64,000 nucleotides of DNA from Eledone cirrhosa (lineage: Eukaryota): assembly GCA_964016885.1 (NCBI GenBank), contig OZ024745.1, positions 37,572,001 to 37,636,000 on the forward strand, written 5' to 3'. Shown here one piece after another: positions 1-14,454 of this stretch. The notes under the pieces are model-generated. The model saw only the letters and a program-made list of their open reading frames with translations, was not told the DNA's origin and made no database searches. The position numbers and the translations under genes were made by a program. How positions within the stretch are numbered: position 1 is the stretch's first letter; each line of letters starts with the position of its first letter.

Positions 1-1159
1 AAATGATATGTATACTCTGCACTTAGTTATCTCTGTCGGATCAGTTATATACGGAGATATATATGGGCTGTGATAGTAGTGATGGTGTTGGGGATAAAAT
101 CAGTGGATTGTTTACATTTTGTTTTACTTTTTTTATGGCAGCTGAAAGGGTGATTTTGAAGGTCTTTTAAAATCGACTGATATTACAAGATTTAGAATAA
201 CAGTCCCCATTTGTGACAGGCATTTTTCGGGCAGATAATTTTACTCGAATCTGTTTAGTTGCAGATTGATTTACGTTTCAGTGGTTTTCATCTTAGTAAT
301 TATTCAAATAATTCGTATAGGAGATGCAGGGAATTTCAGAGACCTTTTCAGAGCACTGGAAGACATATTGATTAAATCGAAGTAATTTGAATAATTACGC
401 CGTTTTGGGGGAGCTGAGGGTTTTATTATTATTGTTGGTGTCGCTGGTGGCAAAAGGGTTATTGTTACAATTATCAGTCATAATCGTCGAATAAATATTG
501 TACATGTGTCTCGATAGTACAGCGGAAGAAAAGCGATTAAGAATTGGTATATCTATGTAACTCTTTCAGCATTTGTTTGGTTCAGTCTAAAATGAATAGT
601 ACAATCTTAAAATGTAAAAATATATATACATACAACACACTACCTACAAATATGAGTACCCACTAAACATGTTACCTACAAACAATGATATCTACAGAGG
701 AAATGAGAAGTGTAAAGAAAGGCAATGGTCATGATTGCCCTTGCGAAAGGTGATAGTAGGGAGTAGTACCGAAAAAGGCTGTGCTAATGAATGACATCGG
801 GAAATGCAATGGTAAAGAAAAGCATCGATAAAAGCAATTGTAACTAGTAGTTTCAGGAAAGGAAGTTGTGAAAGTTACTTTCAGAAACGTCAAATGTAAC
901 GATTAGTCTCAGGTAATACCTGGAACCTGTAATCCGCTTGAATTGTGATATTTTGTATCTGCTAACCTTGAAGCAAACTGCCACCCATCCCGAGCCTGGA
1001 TTGCAAATAGTCATTATCTATTCAACAGATGATGCAGCACAGAGGGGGGAAAGGATTCCTGTCGACCAGAATCTGTGATGATGACAGAATCGATAAATGC
1101 TCCGATATAATCGATAATGGATTTCAATTATTTATTTCAGTTCATCAAAAAACTCATTT

Positions 1160-1625
1160 CAAAGGAGTTTTCAATAGACATTACCCATGTGAAGAAGAGA
1201 AGTTGCATCATACTTTTGAGAAAGTTTGGATGCTACAAATAATGAACATTGCAATAGTATGTTTCATCATCGAGAGCTTACATAGCCATGAAATTAAAGC
1301 TGTAGTGGCTTCAAGCTGTTTGGAACCAAGCTGATGATCTCAAGGACACCTCGTATATCTCAAGAAATAAAGTTCCTTTTCACATCTACTCGCAAGCATG
1401 AAGCCATCCTTTACCGTGATTTGCAACAAGACACGGGGACAGACATTTGAATAAATGAGAATATCTCTCTCTGCACAATTCTTCTCTTGTGGCAAGATAT
1501 TAGATGCATTATCCAGATTTCGGAAGAAAGCAATTCTAAAAGTATTGACAGAGAGAAATAACAAAAGTATATTCACTGGCAATTGTATCAACAGAGATTC
1601 TATAGTAATGTTCACTGTTTTCAAT
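1160..1625 (+). pseudogene. Degenerate Helitron PIF1-like helicase C-terminal fragment
   Basis: Frameshifted translation gives CIILLR-LDATNNEHCNS, FIIESLHSHEIKAVV, ISRTPRI, FTVICNKTRGQTFE* and FFSCGKILDALSR, colinear with Helitron helicase motifs (MLLRNL..G.CNG; IPRI; FAMTINKSQGQT; FSHGQLYVALSR). Confidence 0.7.
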
Positions 1626-1667
1626 AGAATATATATGTGACTTCCTTCATTCTTAGTATATATATAT

Positions 1668-1810
1668 GTGAAGGCACATGGATTAGTCGTTAGATTATTC
1701 GACGTATGACCGTAGGGCCGTGATTACGATTCTCAGAGCAGGTGGCGAGTTGTGTCTTTGAGCAAAATACTTTATTACACGTTGCTACAGTCGACTCTGA
1801 AAGTGAGTTG
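1668..1810 (+). mobile_element. tRNA-derived SINE fragment (GTGAAGGCG-head family)
   Basis: GTGAAGGCACATGG head and GTCTTTGAGCAAAATACTTTATTACACGTTGC core; same family at 3027, 45468, 46548, 62418. Confidence 0.6.
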
Positions 1811-2016
1811 TCCCTGTAATTCAATGCTACCAGGAGGGTGTTAATATATAGTAAAATGTATTGCAATTTGCCCATCAAAACGGAAAAAAGGGAATTTATC
1901 AAATTGAAAAACGGAATTAAGAAAAATTTGATACGGAGAATTTTGTTACGCTCAATTTTGTACTAATTCATATATCCCATTTTGATCGAAAACAGAGAGA
2001 GAGAGAGAGAGGGAGA

Positions 2017-2089
<73 letters not shown>

Positions 2090-2784
2090 AGCAACCTATC
2101 AGTTGTATTTTAGTTGAAATGATGCCCTCCCTCTTATCTCAGTCTTGGCCCACTGCCCCTTGCTTCCAGGATGTAATCGCCAATTTGAGTCTTTGAGTTT
2201 GAGACACCCCCTCTACGGTCTTTAGATATCAAAATACCTTGGATAATGAAAGACTGGCCATCTTCAAAAATGAAAAGACATGATGGCGATAGTTTTAAAG
2301 GTTTTCATCATAAATCGAATTAAGGTTAAACAACGACAGCTTGGATAATCTAGTTTGGTGTACACTAAGCCCATAGAAAAAGATAGAGATGGTCACGGCT
2401 GGACTCATTTCCTCATGGCCTACTTAGCTATGCTTCATTTATGACCAAACAACAAAACCAACAGGAGCAAAACAAAATCTTTAGCCAGAAAAACAGTTGA
2501 TCTTTGTTCATTTAAATGAATATTAGAGTGTATTGTTTACCTAAAGTTCGGATATAGAGGTAACTGTGTGAAGATGAGTAGGTAGGGGAGGGAAAAATGG
2601 GCATGGTTGGGAGAGGAAATGCGTAAGATATAGCAAAAAGAAGGAATGTTTAAAGATTAATAAAAGATCTCAACTAGAACCAATTTTTATTGATATTAAT
2701 TGTTAAACGGAGATTATGACAGGTGGTGACAGCTGGCATCAACAATATTGAAGTAACATCAGATATCTAGACCAACTACACGCG

Positions 2785-2848
<64 letters not shown>

Positions 2849-3026
2849 AACTCAACCGCTCATACACAACACAAACACAAATGTGTTATGTACACAGACG
2901 CACACAGATATATGTGCCTGTCTGTCTGTATGTATATGTATGTACATATGTTAAGTACAACACCAAATTAATTTCTCAACACAGTTCCTTGTGTGTGTGT
3001 GTGGGGGGGGTAGACCCCCAGTTCCG

Positions 3027-3145
3027 TGAAGGCGTGTGACTGAGTGGTTAGAGAATTGGATTCGCAATCGTGAGTTTGTGAGTTCGATTCCTGGACCAGG
3101 CGATGCGTTATGTCCTTGAGTAAGACACTTTATTTCACGTTGCCC
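3027..3145 (+). mobile_element. tRNA-derived SINE (GTGAAGGCG-head family)
   Basis: A-box-like TGACTGAGTGG, B-box-like GTTCGATTCC, core GTCCTTGAGTAAGACACTTTATTTCACGTTGC. Confidence 0.7.
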
Positions 3146-3269
3146 CTTCTACCTAGAGTTGCGACTGATAGATAGTATTAGCAATTGGAAAGACCAACGG
3201 AAACATTGTTTCTTCGGTCCGATTTGACGAAAGTTGATCGTACCTATATATATATATATATATATAAAT

Positions 3270-3860
3270 GGGAGTAGACCTCTAGTGAGGCTGTGACTAT
3301 ACGCAAGCAAGTCATATCATCACGGCTCCATCCAACGTGTGGTACATGGATGCTTCAACGACAGGCATGCAGTGGAGACTATCAGGCCCGATCTTCATTT
3401 TGTAGTCCCTGCTCTAGTGAGAGACGGCATCGAGGTCGTGAACGTTATTTACGACACTGTAAACTTTGAGTCTTCCGACATTGACAACAATCGATACTTC
3501 TCCGGGTGCCGATGACCCCAAATGAAGATATTGACATCTTTGAGTCGCCTCGGGCTTGTCATCCGATTGGCCCTCAAGTGCAAGCATCATTAGCTTGAAA
3601 CTCATATGAACAGACTGCACCTATTCAAGGCGCATCCAGCCTACTTCTTGTTGAAAAGTTGCTTCAATATACAGTACCCCTGATAACGACGCCAAGTGGT
3701 TTCGGCTTGTGTTTTTAGCAAGCCCTTTTCAAGGGTGTACTGAGTTGAAATATATTTTTGCAGGTCCTGTACAAATAGGTAATTAGCTCCCATAGCAGCG
3801 CTGTGGTCAAATTTGTCATTGCGGTAAGCTGGGCTGAGGAAGAGGATGGGAGAGAGAGAG
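3270..3860 (-). mobile_element. RTE-clade LINE 3' remnant (decayed)
   Basis: Minus-strand fragments GYCILKQLF and SRDYKMKIG.DS resemble RTE C-terminal RIPKQLL and C..CGR.C.SRIGL.SH motifs; many stops. Confidence 0.4.
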
Positions 3861-3994
3861 GGCTGGGAGGCAGAAAATTGTAAGTGTACCTCAGTCTCTC
3901 TCTCCCTCTCTTTCTATCAGTATATATATATATAAGTACACACACACACGCACACACATATATATATACATATGTAGGTATAGGATAGGTTATA

Positions 3995-4286
3995 TCAGCC
4001 TGATTTAAAGCTGTGCCGTGCCGGTGAGCGATCGTCACCTGTTTGTTCAACATTGGCTTAGAGTAACAATCAACATGTTTCCGGGTCATTACCCTTCGTC
4101 AGGTCTGTTTACTTCTGCCAGTTTGTTGAACGGTTCAAAATATATAGTATTTTCTTAAATACACATCGGCTGAGTAGTCTCATTTGCATACCGAGTGAGT
4201 AACGACTGGCCTTGCCGAATATTAAAAATAAAATTATAATTTTTTCTCGCCCTAGCACAGGTGATACATAAATGTAAGTATGTACA

Positions 4287-4290
<4 letters not shown>
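3995..4290. repeat. Unclassified dispersed repeat; rearranged relative at 12535-12660
   Basis: CAGCCTGATT..GTGCCGGTGAGCGAT recurs at about 12540; 4230-4290 is close to the reverse complement of 12598-12660. Confidence 0.5.
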
Positions 4291-4366
<76 letters not shown>

Positions 4367-4411
4367 TATATACACATATATATATATATATATACATATT
4401 TATATATATAC

Positions 4412-4443
<32 letters not shown>

Positions 4444-4509
4444 GCATATATATATATATATATATATATATGCATATATATATATATATACACATATATA
4501 TATATATAT

Positions 4510-4551
<42 letters not shown>

Positions 4552-5160
4552 GGTGGCTGCCAACTCGTTTTCGAGTAAGGCCACTACTTTATATCCATGT
4601 AGGAGAACCCCTACCGATACGCTGAACGAGTGTGACTTTTTAGTCCAGCTAGCGACTTGAAAACTCTGGTACAAACACTACACTTGTGACAATTATTGAC
4701 ACATAGTGCTGGGCCCATGGTACCATGTGACGACAAGTGCAGAGAGATCTCCAGATATAAAGCAATGCCTGTGCCATGAAGCTTTTATAGTGAGCAAAGG
4801 CACTGCACAAAGCCAGTCCCACTCTCTTAACCAAGATGATATTTACCAAAAAGAAGAACAAGTCAACATCATTGGATACCATCAAGGTTGCTGGTGTTAT
4901 ATCAGAGTTTTCCTTCACCTAGAATTCTGCCTTGACAAAGGCTAAGGGGTCATCTCTCCCGGTGAGTTTGGATGGCCATTGACTCTTTAGAGCTCCTGTG
5001 CCCTTTGACAGGTTTTCTTTTTAGTCCTGCTGGATATCCAAAGTGACCCTCCTCACCAAGAAACCTTGGTGGGGTTGCCAGTTTAGTCGCCAACGACCCG
5101 ACCATGAGACAGGTTGTACTAGGATACATGTTACCAGTAGCACCAACTGGTGACCTGACA

Positions 5161-6297
<1,137 letters not shown>

Positions 6298-7028
6298 ATA
6301 ATAATAAAATTGAAGACTAAAATCCAAAGAGGGCTCGATAAGGAAAATATATATCAAATATATAAGAACCGAAGAGCAAATATTTATTAAAATAACAGAT
6401 TAAAGTTTAAGCAAAGAATCGCTGCTTTCACCCTTAACGGGATCTTCTGAAACTAACAAAGTCAATCTGTAAACGCAGTACTGGATATTTCAAAAAACGT
6501 TGCAACCGGAGGAAGACAGGAAGACGGTACTTTGGTTCATGGTGACGTTCGCTGGCAAAGAACGGGGAAAAACGAATAATACGTCATTAATAGGAGCGGT
6601 GAAAAACAATTACGCGCAAAGACAGAACCACGTTTATGGTATAAAAGAGGTCGTAGACTAATGTTCTCTAAGTGGTGCATAGAGACGTTCTCAGGCAATG
6701 AACGAAAAAACGAAGATAATAAGTCATATGTGGAGCGTGGAGAACAATAGCACGCAAAGACAAAACCACGTAAATGGTATAGCAGAAGTTGTAGACTAAA
6801 ATTCTAACTAGGAGACCGAATGAATCTCCGCTACAGAGTTAAGAACAAAGTAAATAAATACAATACTGAAGTAATAGAAACAAATAAATACATACGCGCA
6901 AACAGATACGTACATACACAAGCATACGCAAAACCTTACCATAGGTATACAAAACCACGCACATATAAATATGTGTATGTGTGTATGCTTGTGTACAAAT
7001 AAATAAATAATTATATAAACGTATATAA

Positions 7029-7487
7029 CCTGTAGTTAGTACTAACTGTAATTGTAGGAATCGGGCTGATTGTCCCCTATCCGGGAAATGCCTCTCTAGT
7101 AACATTGTCTACAAATGTAAGGTTGTAACACCCACGTCCCGTAGGGCCTACATAGGGTTAACCGCCAATAGTTTCAAGCAGCGTCTTTACATGCATACCC
7201 ATTCTTTTCGTTACCCTCTAAGAAGGAATATGACGTCACTTTCAGCTTATATCTGGAGTCTAAAAGACAACCACACCCAATATAAGTTACACTGGGAGAT
7301 CCTAGCTAGGGCTAGATCGTATAACGGAAATAAAAGACCATGTGACCTCTGCGCCGCTGAGGCCCTGGAAATACTCTACGCCACAGACCACATCTTAAAC
7401 AAAAAATCTGAGGCAATTTCGGCTTGTAAACATAAATTGCACAAAACTTTCCTGTATTACAGCCCCACGTTATACCCTAACGGATAG
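7029..7487 (+). CDS. PLE GIY-YIG endonuclease C-terminal fragment (5'-truncated, Naiad-like)
   Basis: Open frame PVVSTNCNCRNRADCPLSGKCLSSNIVYKC..AYIGLTANSFKQR..H..SF..TSLSAYIWSLK..WEIL..CDLC..E..ILNKKSE..CKH: CxCx5Cx5C linker plus VY/YIG, R, E and N catalytic residues. Confidence 0.88.
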   Translation, partial: PVVSTNCNCRNRADCPLSGKCLSSNIVYKCKVVTPTSRRAYIGLTANSFKQRLYMHTHSFRYPLRRNMTSLSAYIWSLKDNHTQYKLHWEILARARSYNGNKRPCDLCAAEALEILYATDHILNKKSEAISACKHKLHKTFLYYSPTLYPNG

Positions 7488-8414
7488 CACGATCTATACG
7501 TGGATATTTTACGTCTTGATGTGGGAGCTAAGTATATGTTTTGTTTATTCCTTTACTTATTTGCATAGGTAAGTATATATTACCCGTATGTTTTGTGAAG
7601 GTATGTATACCTTCTCGTACGTATATTTGACTGTTACGGCGTATAATTTTTACATATTCTGGTATTTAGGGTTTGGTTATGTGTATATGGGAGTTTTGCG
7701 TCTGCGTGAGTATGCAGGTTCGTACGTATGGTGGGTGTGTGTATATGTGTAATTCTTGGTTTAGTTGACTTACGTCTCCGAACCTTCGTGTATTTATTTG
7801 TAGGTATGTGTGTGCGCTTGTTATATACGTATTTATTTACTTATATACGTTTATATAATTATTTATTTATTTGTACACAAGCATACACACATACACATAT
7901 TTATATGTGCGTGGTTTTGTATACCTATGGTAAGGTTTTGCGTATGCTTGTGTATGTACGTATCTGTTTGCGCGTATGTATTTATTTGTTTCTATTACTT
8001 CAGTATTGTATTTATTTACTTTGTTCTTAACTCTGTAGCGGAGATTCATTCGGTCTCCTAGTTAGAATTTTAGTCTACAACTTCTGCTATACCATTTACG
8101 TGGTTTTGTCTTTGCGTGCTATTGTTCTCCACGCTCCACATATGACTTATTATCTTCGTTTTTTCGTTCATTGCCAGAGAACGTCTCTATGCACCACTTA
8201 GAGAACATTAGTCTACGACCTCTTTTATACCATAAACGTGGTTCTGTCTTTGCGCGTAATTGATTTTCACCGCTCCTATTAATGACGTATTATTCGTTTT
8301 TTCCCGTTCTTTGCCAGCGAACGTCACCATGAACCAAAGTACCGTCTTCCTGTCTTCCTCCGGTTGCAACGTTTTTTGAAATATCCAGTACTGCGTTTAC
8401 AGATTGACTTTGTT

Positions 8415-8465
8415 AGTTTCAGAAGATCCCGTTAAGGGTGAAAGCAGCGATTCTTTGCTTAAACT
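8415..8465 (+). ncRNA. Variant hammerhead ribozyme-like motif (mirror copy 6404-6454, minus)
   Basis: AGTTT-CAGAAGA-T CCC GTTAA GGG T-GAAA GCA(gcgattctt)TGC T-T-AAACT: stems I, II and III pair; core is CAGAAGA rather than CUGANGA. Confidence 0.55.
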
Positions 8466-8486
8466 TTAATCTGTTATTTTAATAAA

Positions 8487-9040
<554 letters not shown>

Positions 9041-10290
9041 TGTTTTACTCTTTTACTCTTTTACCTGTTTCAGCCATCCGACTGAGGCCATGCTGGGGCA
9101 CCGCCCTTGTTGCTACACCTTTTATCTCCAGCCTGTATAGGTTGGCCACTGGTGTAAGAGGGAGTTTGTTGCTGCTGCCCTTAGGTTTCCCTCGTGCCTT
9201 GCTGTGGGCTCATCCGGGATCCTGGATAGCAAGGTGTCGAGATGTTTCTTGAAGACATCCACCTCCACGTCATGCAAATCTCTCAGATCCCTCGGCAGCT
9301 TGCTGAAGAGTTGAGGGCCCTTGAACCCCAGGCTATTGCGATACCTGCTCCTTATGCTAGATGTGGAAGACAGTGACGTCCTGTTCGACGGTTGGTCCAG
9401 CTCCCAAGTTTTGATGCTAGTCCCTCCAGGATTTTCCACATGTAGATCATTGCGTATCTCTCCCGTCTTCGTTCCAAGGAGTAGAGGTTCAGCTCCTTTA
9501 GCCTCTCCCAGTAGCTTGTCTCCTTCATCGTGGCAATCCTCTTGCTGTAACTTCGCTGGATTGCCTCAAGCTCCGTGGTTAGTTTGACACTATGGGGTGA
9601 CCACAACTGGGAGCAGTAGTCCAGGCAGCTTAGGGACAAATGTCCTCCATAGTGTCAACATGGTGTCTCGGTCTCTTGTCCGGAAAGTCCTCAAGATCCA
9701 GCCAGCGAGTCGTCTGCACATTGTCGCCACTTACATGATGTGTGAGCAAAAAGATGCATAATCGCTCATGTCTATGCCCAGGTCTCATATCGATTTTGAC
9801 ATGAGGATATCGGTTCCTCCTGGTCCTGTGTAGTTGTGTTGTACTATATTTGTGTTTGCAGGTTTGTTTGGAGGTTTGTATTGTAGGGCTTGGAATTTGC
9901 CAGCATTAAACTGCATGTTGTTTTCTTCCGCCTATTTGCATATGGCATCTAGATCTTGTTGTAAAAGGGCAGCATCAGCCTGGTTTTTGATTGCCTGTTC
10001 TACCTTAGTGTCATCAGCATAGCAAGTGAGGGATGTTGTATGTACTACAGAGGGCATTCTGAGAGAGCCACCAAAAACAGTAGTGGTCCCAGGACTGTCC
10101 CCTGGGGCACCCCACTGGTTATTGGTGTTTCCTTTGAGAGGGCCCCTTTTGCTGCGACTGTCTGGCTTCTGTCCTTCAGGAAGTCATGCAGCCACTCACC
10201 TACATTTCCAGTTATGCCGAGTCCGTGTAGTTTGTGACATATCATTCTGTGGTCGACCTTGTCAAAGGCCTTCGCAAAGTCAAGATATAT
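9041..10290 (-). mobile_element. CR1/L2-group LINE, 5'-truncated RT to 3' tail
   Basis: [69 protein letters not shown]; tail GGCGGTGCCCCAGCATGGCC..CTGAAAC followed by (GTAAAAGA)n-like repeats. Confidence 0.92.
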
Positions 10291-10291
10291 G

Positions 10292-10375
<84 letters not shown>

Positions 10376-10444
10376 TATATATATGCACATATATATATAT
10401 ATATACACACATATATATATATATATATACACATATATATATAT

Positions 10445-10498
<54 letters not shown>

Positions 10499-10656
10499 AT
10501 ACTTTGGGAGGGTCATGTTGCCAATAAGAAACACACGCACCAGTTGCTTTCACTTCAATTTATTATATATTTATAAATTTATAAATTTACAAATCTACAA
10601 ACTTATAAATTTCTGGTTGGTTGGTTGGTTCCACAACCAGATAGTTGTTTATATAT

Positions 10657-10701
10657 AGTCATAGTCCTTTCGTCACAAACTCTGTGACCTCTTCAGTGAC
10701 T
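10657..10701 (-). ncRNA. Minimal type I hammerhead ribozyme (PLE family A)
   Basis: Minus strand AGTCA-CTGAAGA-G-GTCACA(gagtt)TGTGAC-GAAA-GGACT-A-TGACT: intact core, 5-bp stem I, 6-bp stem II, vestigial stem III. Confidence 0.75.
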
Positions 10702-10909
10702 GGGGATTCCTTTCTTTGTTTCTGTGCCTTTCCTTTCTTCCATCCTACGCCATTTTGTTTCTGTGTGTGTGTTGTGTGCTCAGTTTGCGCATGCGCCACA
10801 TCCGGGTGTCTGTGTGTGTTTGTGTTCATTTATCTATTTGTTTATTTATTTATTTATTTATTGTTGGTTGGTTGTTTGTTCTATGTGTATGTGTGTTTTC
10901 ATTTTGTCC

Positions 10910-11320
10910 TTAATTGTAAGTTGTGATGTTGCTGTTCCACTCATATTTTCTATTTAATTTTGGTTGTAATTCTTTTATGCTTACTGCCTCTGTAATTTGC
11001 CTAAACATTGCATCTTTTCTGTGTGTGGATTCTATTTTTATTTCTATGTTCTCTAATCTACCCCTGTGTTCTATCTTAGCATGTTGGTAGAGCACAGATG
11101 ATTCTTTATTATCTTGAAGGTCTCGCCAGTATTCATTTATTCGTTCCCCTATACTACGAGCTGTCTCACCTATGTACACTATATTTTTGTTTCTACATTG
11201 TCCTTCAGTACATCTTATGCTATACACTACATTTCTAGTTTTACAGTTAATATGGGGGCTTATTTTACAGGTTATACATTTCTTATCTATACATGAGGGT
11301 CTTTGGAACGGGTATGTCTT
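10910..11320 (-). CDS. PLE GIY-YIG endonuclease fragment
   Basis: [63 protein letters not shown]. Confidence 0.85.
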   Translation of the reverse strand, partial: KTYPFQRPSCIDKKCITCKISPHINCKTRNVVYSIRCTEGQCRNKNIVYIGETARSIGERINEYWRDLQDNKESSVLYQHAKIEHRGRLENIEIKIESTHRKDAMFRQITEAVSIKELQPKLNRKYEWNSNITTYN

Positions 11321-11343
11321 TCTATAGAAAATATGAGTGGAAC

Positions 11344-11956
<613 letters not shown>

Positions 11957-11959
<3 letters not shown>

Positions 11960-12440
11960 GTTATATAGTAAGGTACATTATTCCTTGTGTAAAATAGTCC
12001 AATAACTTTATATTAAGTTCTCCACGCTTTTGTATATCTCCAATTCCATTCAAGGGAACAGCTAGATGATGTAAAACGGAGTATAAGTATCAAAATGAAA
12101 ATCCGAAGGCAAGGTAAAATTCCAATCATTTAATCACGACACATGTTTCAATAAGAGATAGATCGATTGTGAAGCCATGATCGATTATCACTGATCTCAT
12201 CGGGCGAAAATGAATTGTCTTCAAATTCTTGATATGAGGGAGAAAAATATGAGGGAATGAATTCTGTGAGAGAACATCGTTTTTTTTCTCCCTCATATCA
12301 AGAATTTGAACACAATTCATTTCTCCTGATGAGATCAGTGATAATCGATCATGGCTTCACAATCGATCTATCTCTTATTGAAACATGTGTCGTGATTAAA
12401 TGATTGGAATTTTACCTTGCCTTCGGATTATCATTTTGAT
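11957..12440. mobile_element. HHR-bearing non-coding PLE/retrozyme-like family C, inverted pair
   Basis: 11957-12248 (minus) and 12251-12440 (plus) both match 31368-31700; HHRs at 12134-12207 (minus, core CCGATGA) and 12322-12395 (plus). Confidence 0.8.
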
Positions 12441-12865
12441 ATATATATATATATATATATACATACACATACATATACATATGTAGGTATGGGTTATATT
12501 GAATATTAACAATAATGCTCGATTCGTTTGTAAACAAACAGCCCGATTGGAAGTTGTGCCGGTGACCGATTGTTATCTGTTTCCTCAACACTGTGAGTAC
12601 GTGTTCATAGTCATATTTATGTATCAGCTGTGTTAGGGCGAGAAATAAAATTCTAATTATATATTTATATATATAAAAACCACAAACCCTCCATCTCAAT
12701 TCTACTTTTGAAAAGCACAAGAACTGCGAAACCGGTAAAGGAACCAAAGTATATATATATTTAAAAAAAAAAAAGACTCCAGTTGCATTTTCGATTTCAT
12801 CTTTTTCCTTATACTGTCACTCGTGTAGGACACCTCTTTTTTTACATTTTGTAAAAAAACCTCAC

Positions 12866-12923
<58 letters not shown>

Positions 12924-13018
12924 CTGATGGTATCTAAGATGCTTCGATAGGCGGTATGCCGGTTGAGCACTCTAGGCTCTTACAGAGCAGAGTATGGTAT
13001 TATATAAAACGAAAAATC

Positions 13019-13259
13019 AGTGATGCATCTGAAATCAATTTATTGTGTGTTACAATTGTTACGCCGGCGGACAGCTCCAGACACGATCATTGCATGGATC
13101 TTATCTGACTCTGGACCCTCGGGCTCGTCGGACACGACAAATGCTTTCGGAGCAAATTCTTTCACTGGAGTGTTGGCGTCAAAAAACATCCTATTCGCCC
13201 GATAGTTAGTGTGTGTGTGTATAGCGGGAGTCTATGCGTACGGATGTTGTTTTCTTTGG

Positions 13260-13354
<95 letters not shown>

Positions 13355-13687
13355 GAAGTGTGAACTACCAAACCCAGTAATAACTCATCGAAGTGTGGCA
13401 GTATGGTCAGCCGAATTGGCACCTGTTGGTCAGATTTACGATGACGTAGAAAAGCAGCAACCAATAACGGGACGCGCGAAGAGGATGATTTTTGACGCCA
13501 ACACCCCAGTGAAAGTTTTGACGCCAACACCCCCAGTAAAAAATTTGCTCCGAAAGCATTTGGCGTGTCCGACGAGCCCTCAGGTTCAGAATCAGACAAG
13601 ATCCATGCAATGATCGTGTCTCGAGCTGTCCGCCGGCGAAGCGAAACAATTGTAGCACACAATAAATTGATTTCAGATGCATTCACT
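13019..13687. mobile_element. MITE-like element with about 170-bp terminal inverted repeats and internal (GT)n
   Basis: 13019-13187 is the diverged reverse complement of 13489-13687; superfamily not identified. Confidence 0.8.
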
Positions 13688-14454
13688 TCAATTTATTATA
13701 ATAAATTTATAAATTCAGGAATTTATAAATTTCCGGTTGGTTGGTTGGTTCCACAACCAGATGGTTGTTTATATATTGTCAAAGTTCTTTCGCCACACAT
13801 TCTGTGACCTCTTCAGTGACTGGGGATTCTTTTCTTTGTTTTTGTGCCTCTCCTTTGTTCTGTCCTACGCTATTTTGTTTCTGTGTGTGTGTTGTGTGCT
13901 CAGTCTGCGCATGCGCCACATCCGGGTGTCTGTGTGTGTTTATATTCGTTTATTTATTTGTTTATTTACATGTTACAGGTTGGTTGATTGTTCTATGTGC
14001 GTGTGTGTTTTCATTTTGTCCTTAATTGTAAGTTGTGATGTTGCTGTTCCACTCATGTTTTCTATTTAATTTTGGTTGTAATTCTTTTATGTTTATTGCC
14101 TCTGTGATTTGTCTAAACATTGCGTCTTTTCTGTGTGTAGATTCTATTTTTATTTCTATGTTCTCTAATTTACCCTTATGTTCTATTTTAGCATGTTGGT
14201 AGAGTACAGATGATTCTTTACTATCTTGAAGGTCTCGCCAGTGTTCATTTATCCGTTCCCCTACACTACGAGCTGTCTCACCTATGTACACTATATTTTT
14301 GTCTCTACATTGTCCTTCGGTACATCTTATGCTGTATACTACATTTCTAGTTTTACAGTTAATATGGGGCTTAATTTACAGGTTATACATTTCTTATCTG
14401 TACAGGGAGGTCTTTGAAAAGGGTATGTCTTGCTAATAAGTGTTTTTACGGAGG
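13682..14454 (-). mobile_element. Penelope-like element family A, copy 2
   Basis: [26 protein letters not shown], then a frameshift, then [30 protein letters not shown]; colinear with copy 1. Confidence 0.88.
13778..13820 (-). ncRNA. Minimal type I hammerhead ribozyme (PLE family A)
   Basis: GTCA-CTGAAGA-G-GTCACA(gaatg)TGTGGC-GAAA-GAACT-T-TGAC. Confidence 0.72.

Larger units (their letters stand above)
6296..8487 (+). mobile_element. 5'-truncated Penelope-like retroelement with inverted pseudo-LTR, embedded in (TA)n
   Basis: 6382-7028 is the reverse complement of 7841-8487 (only a few mismatches seen); central GIY-YIG ORF; HHR-like motif in each arm; TA arrays on both sides. Confidence 0.9.
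10494..11344 (-). mobile_element. Penelope-like element family A, copy 1 (truncated, 21-bp inverted tail)
   Basis: GIY-YIG ORF 10910-11320; HHR at 10657-10701; 11324-11344 is the exact inverse of 10933-10953; flanked by TA arrays; homologous to 13682-14454. Confidence 0.88.

Noticed and set aside
4550-5160. GC-richer block resembling a LINE 5' region
   Set aside because: No protein motif could be read with confidence; left unclassified.
7029-7487. Selenoprotein-type PLE endonuclease
   Set aside because: No in-frame TGA in the visible fragment and no SECIS identifiable by eye.
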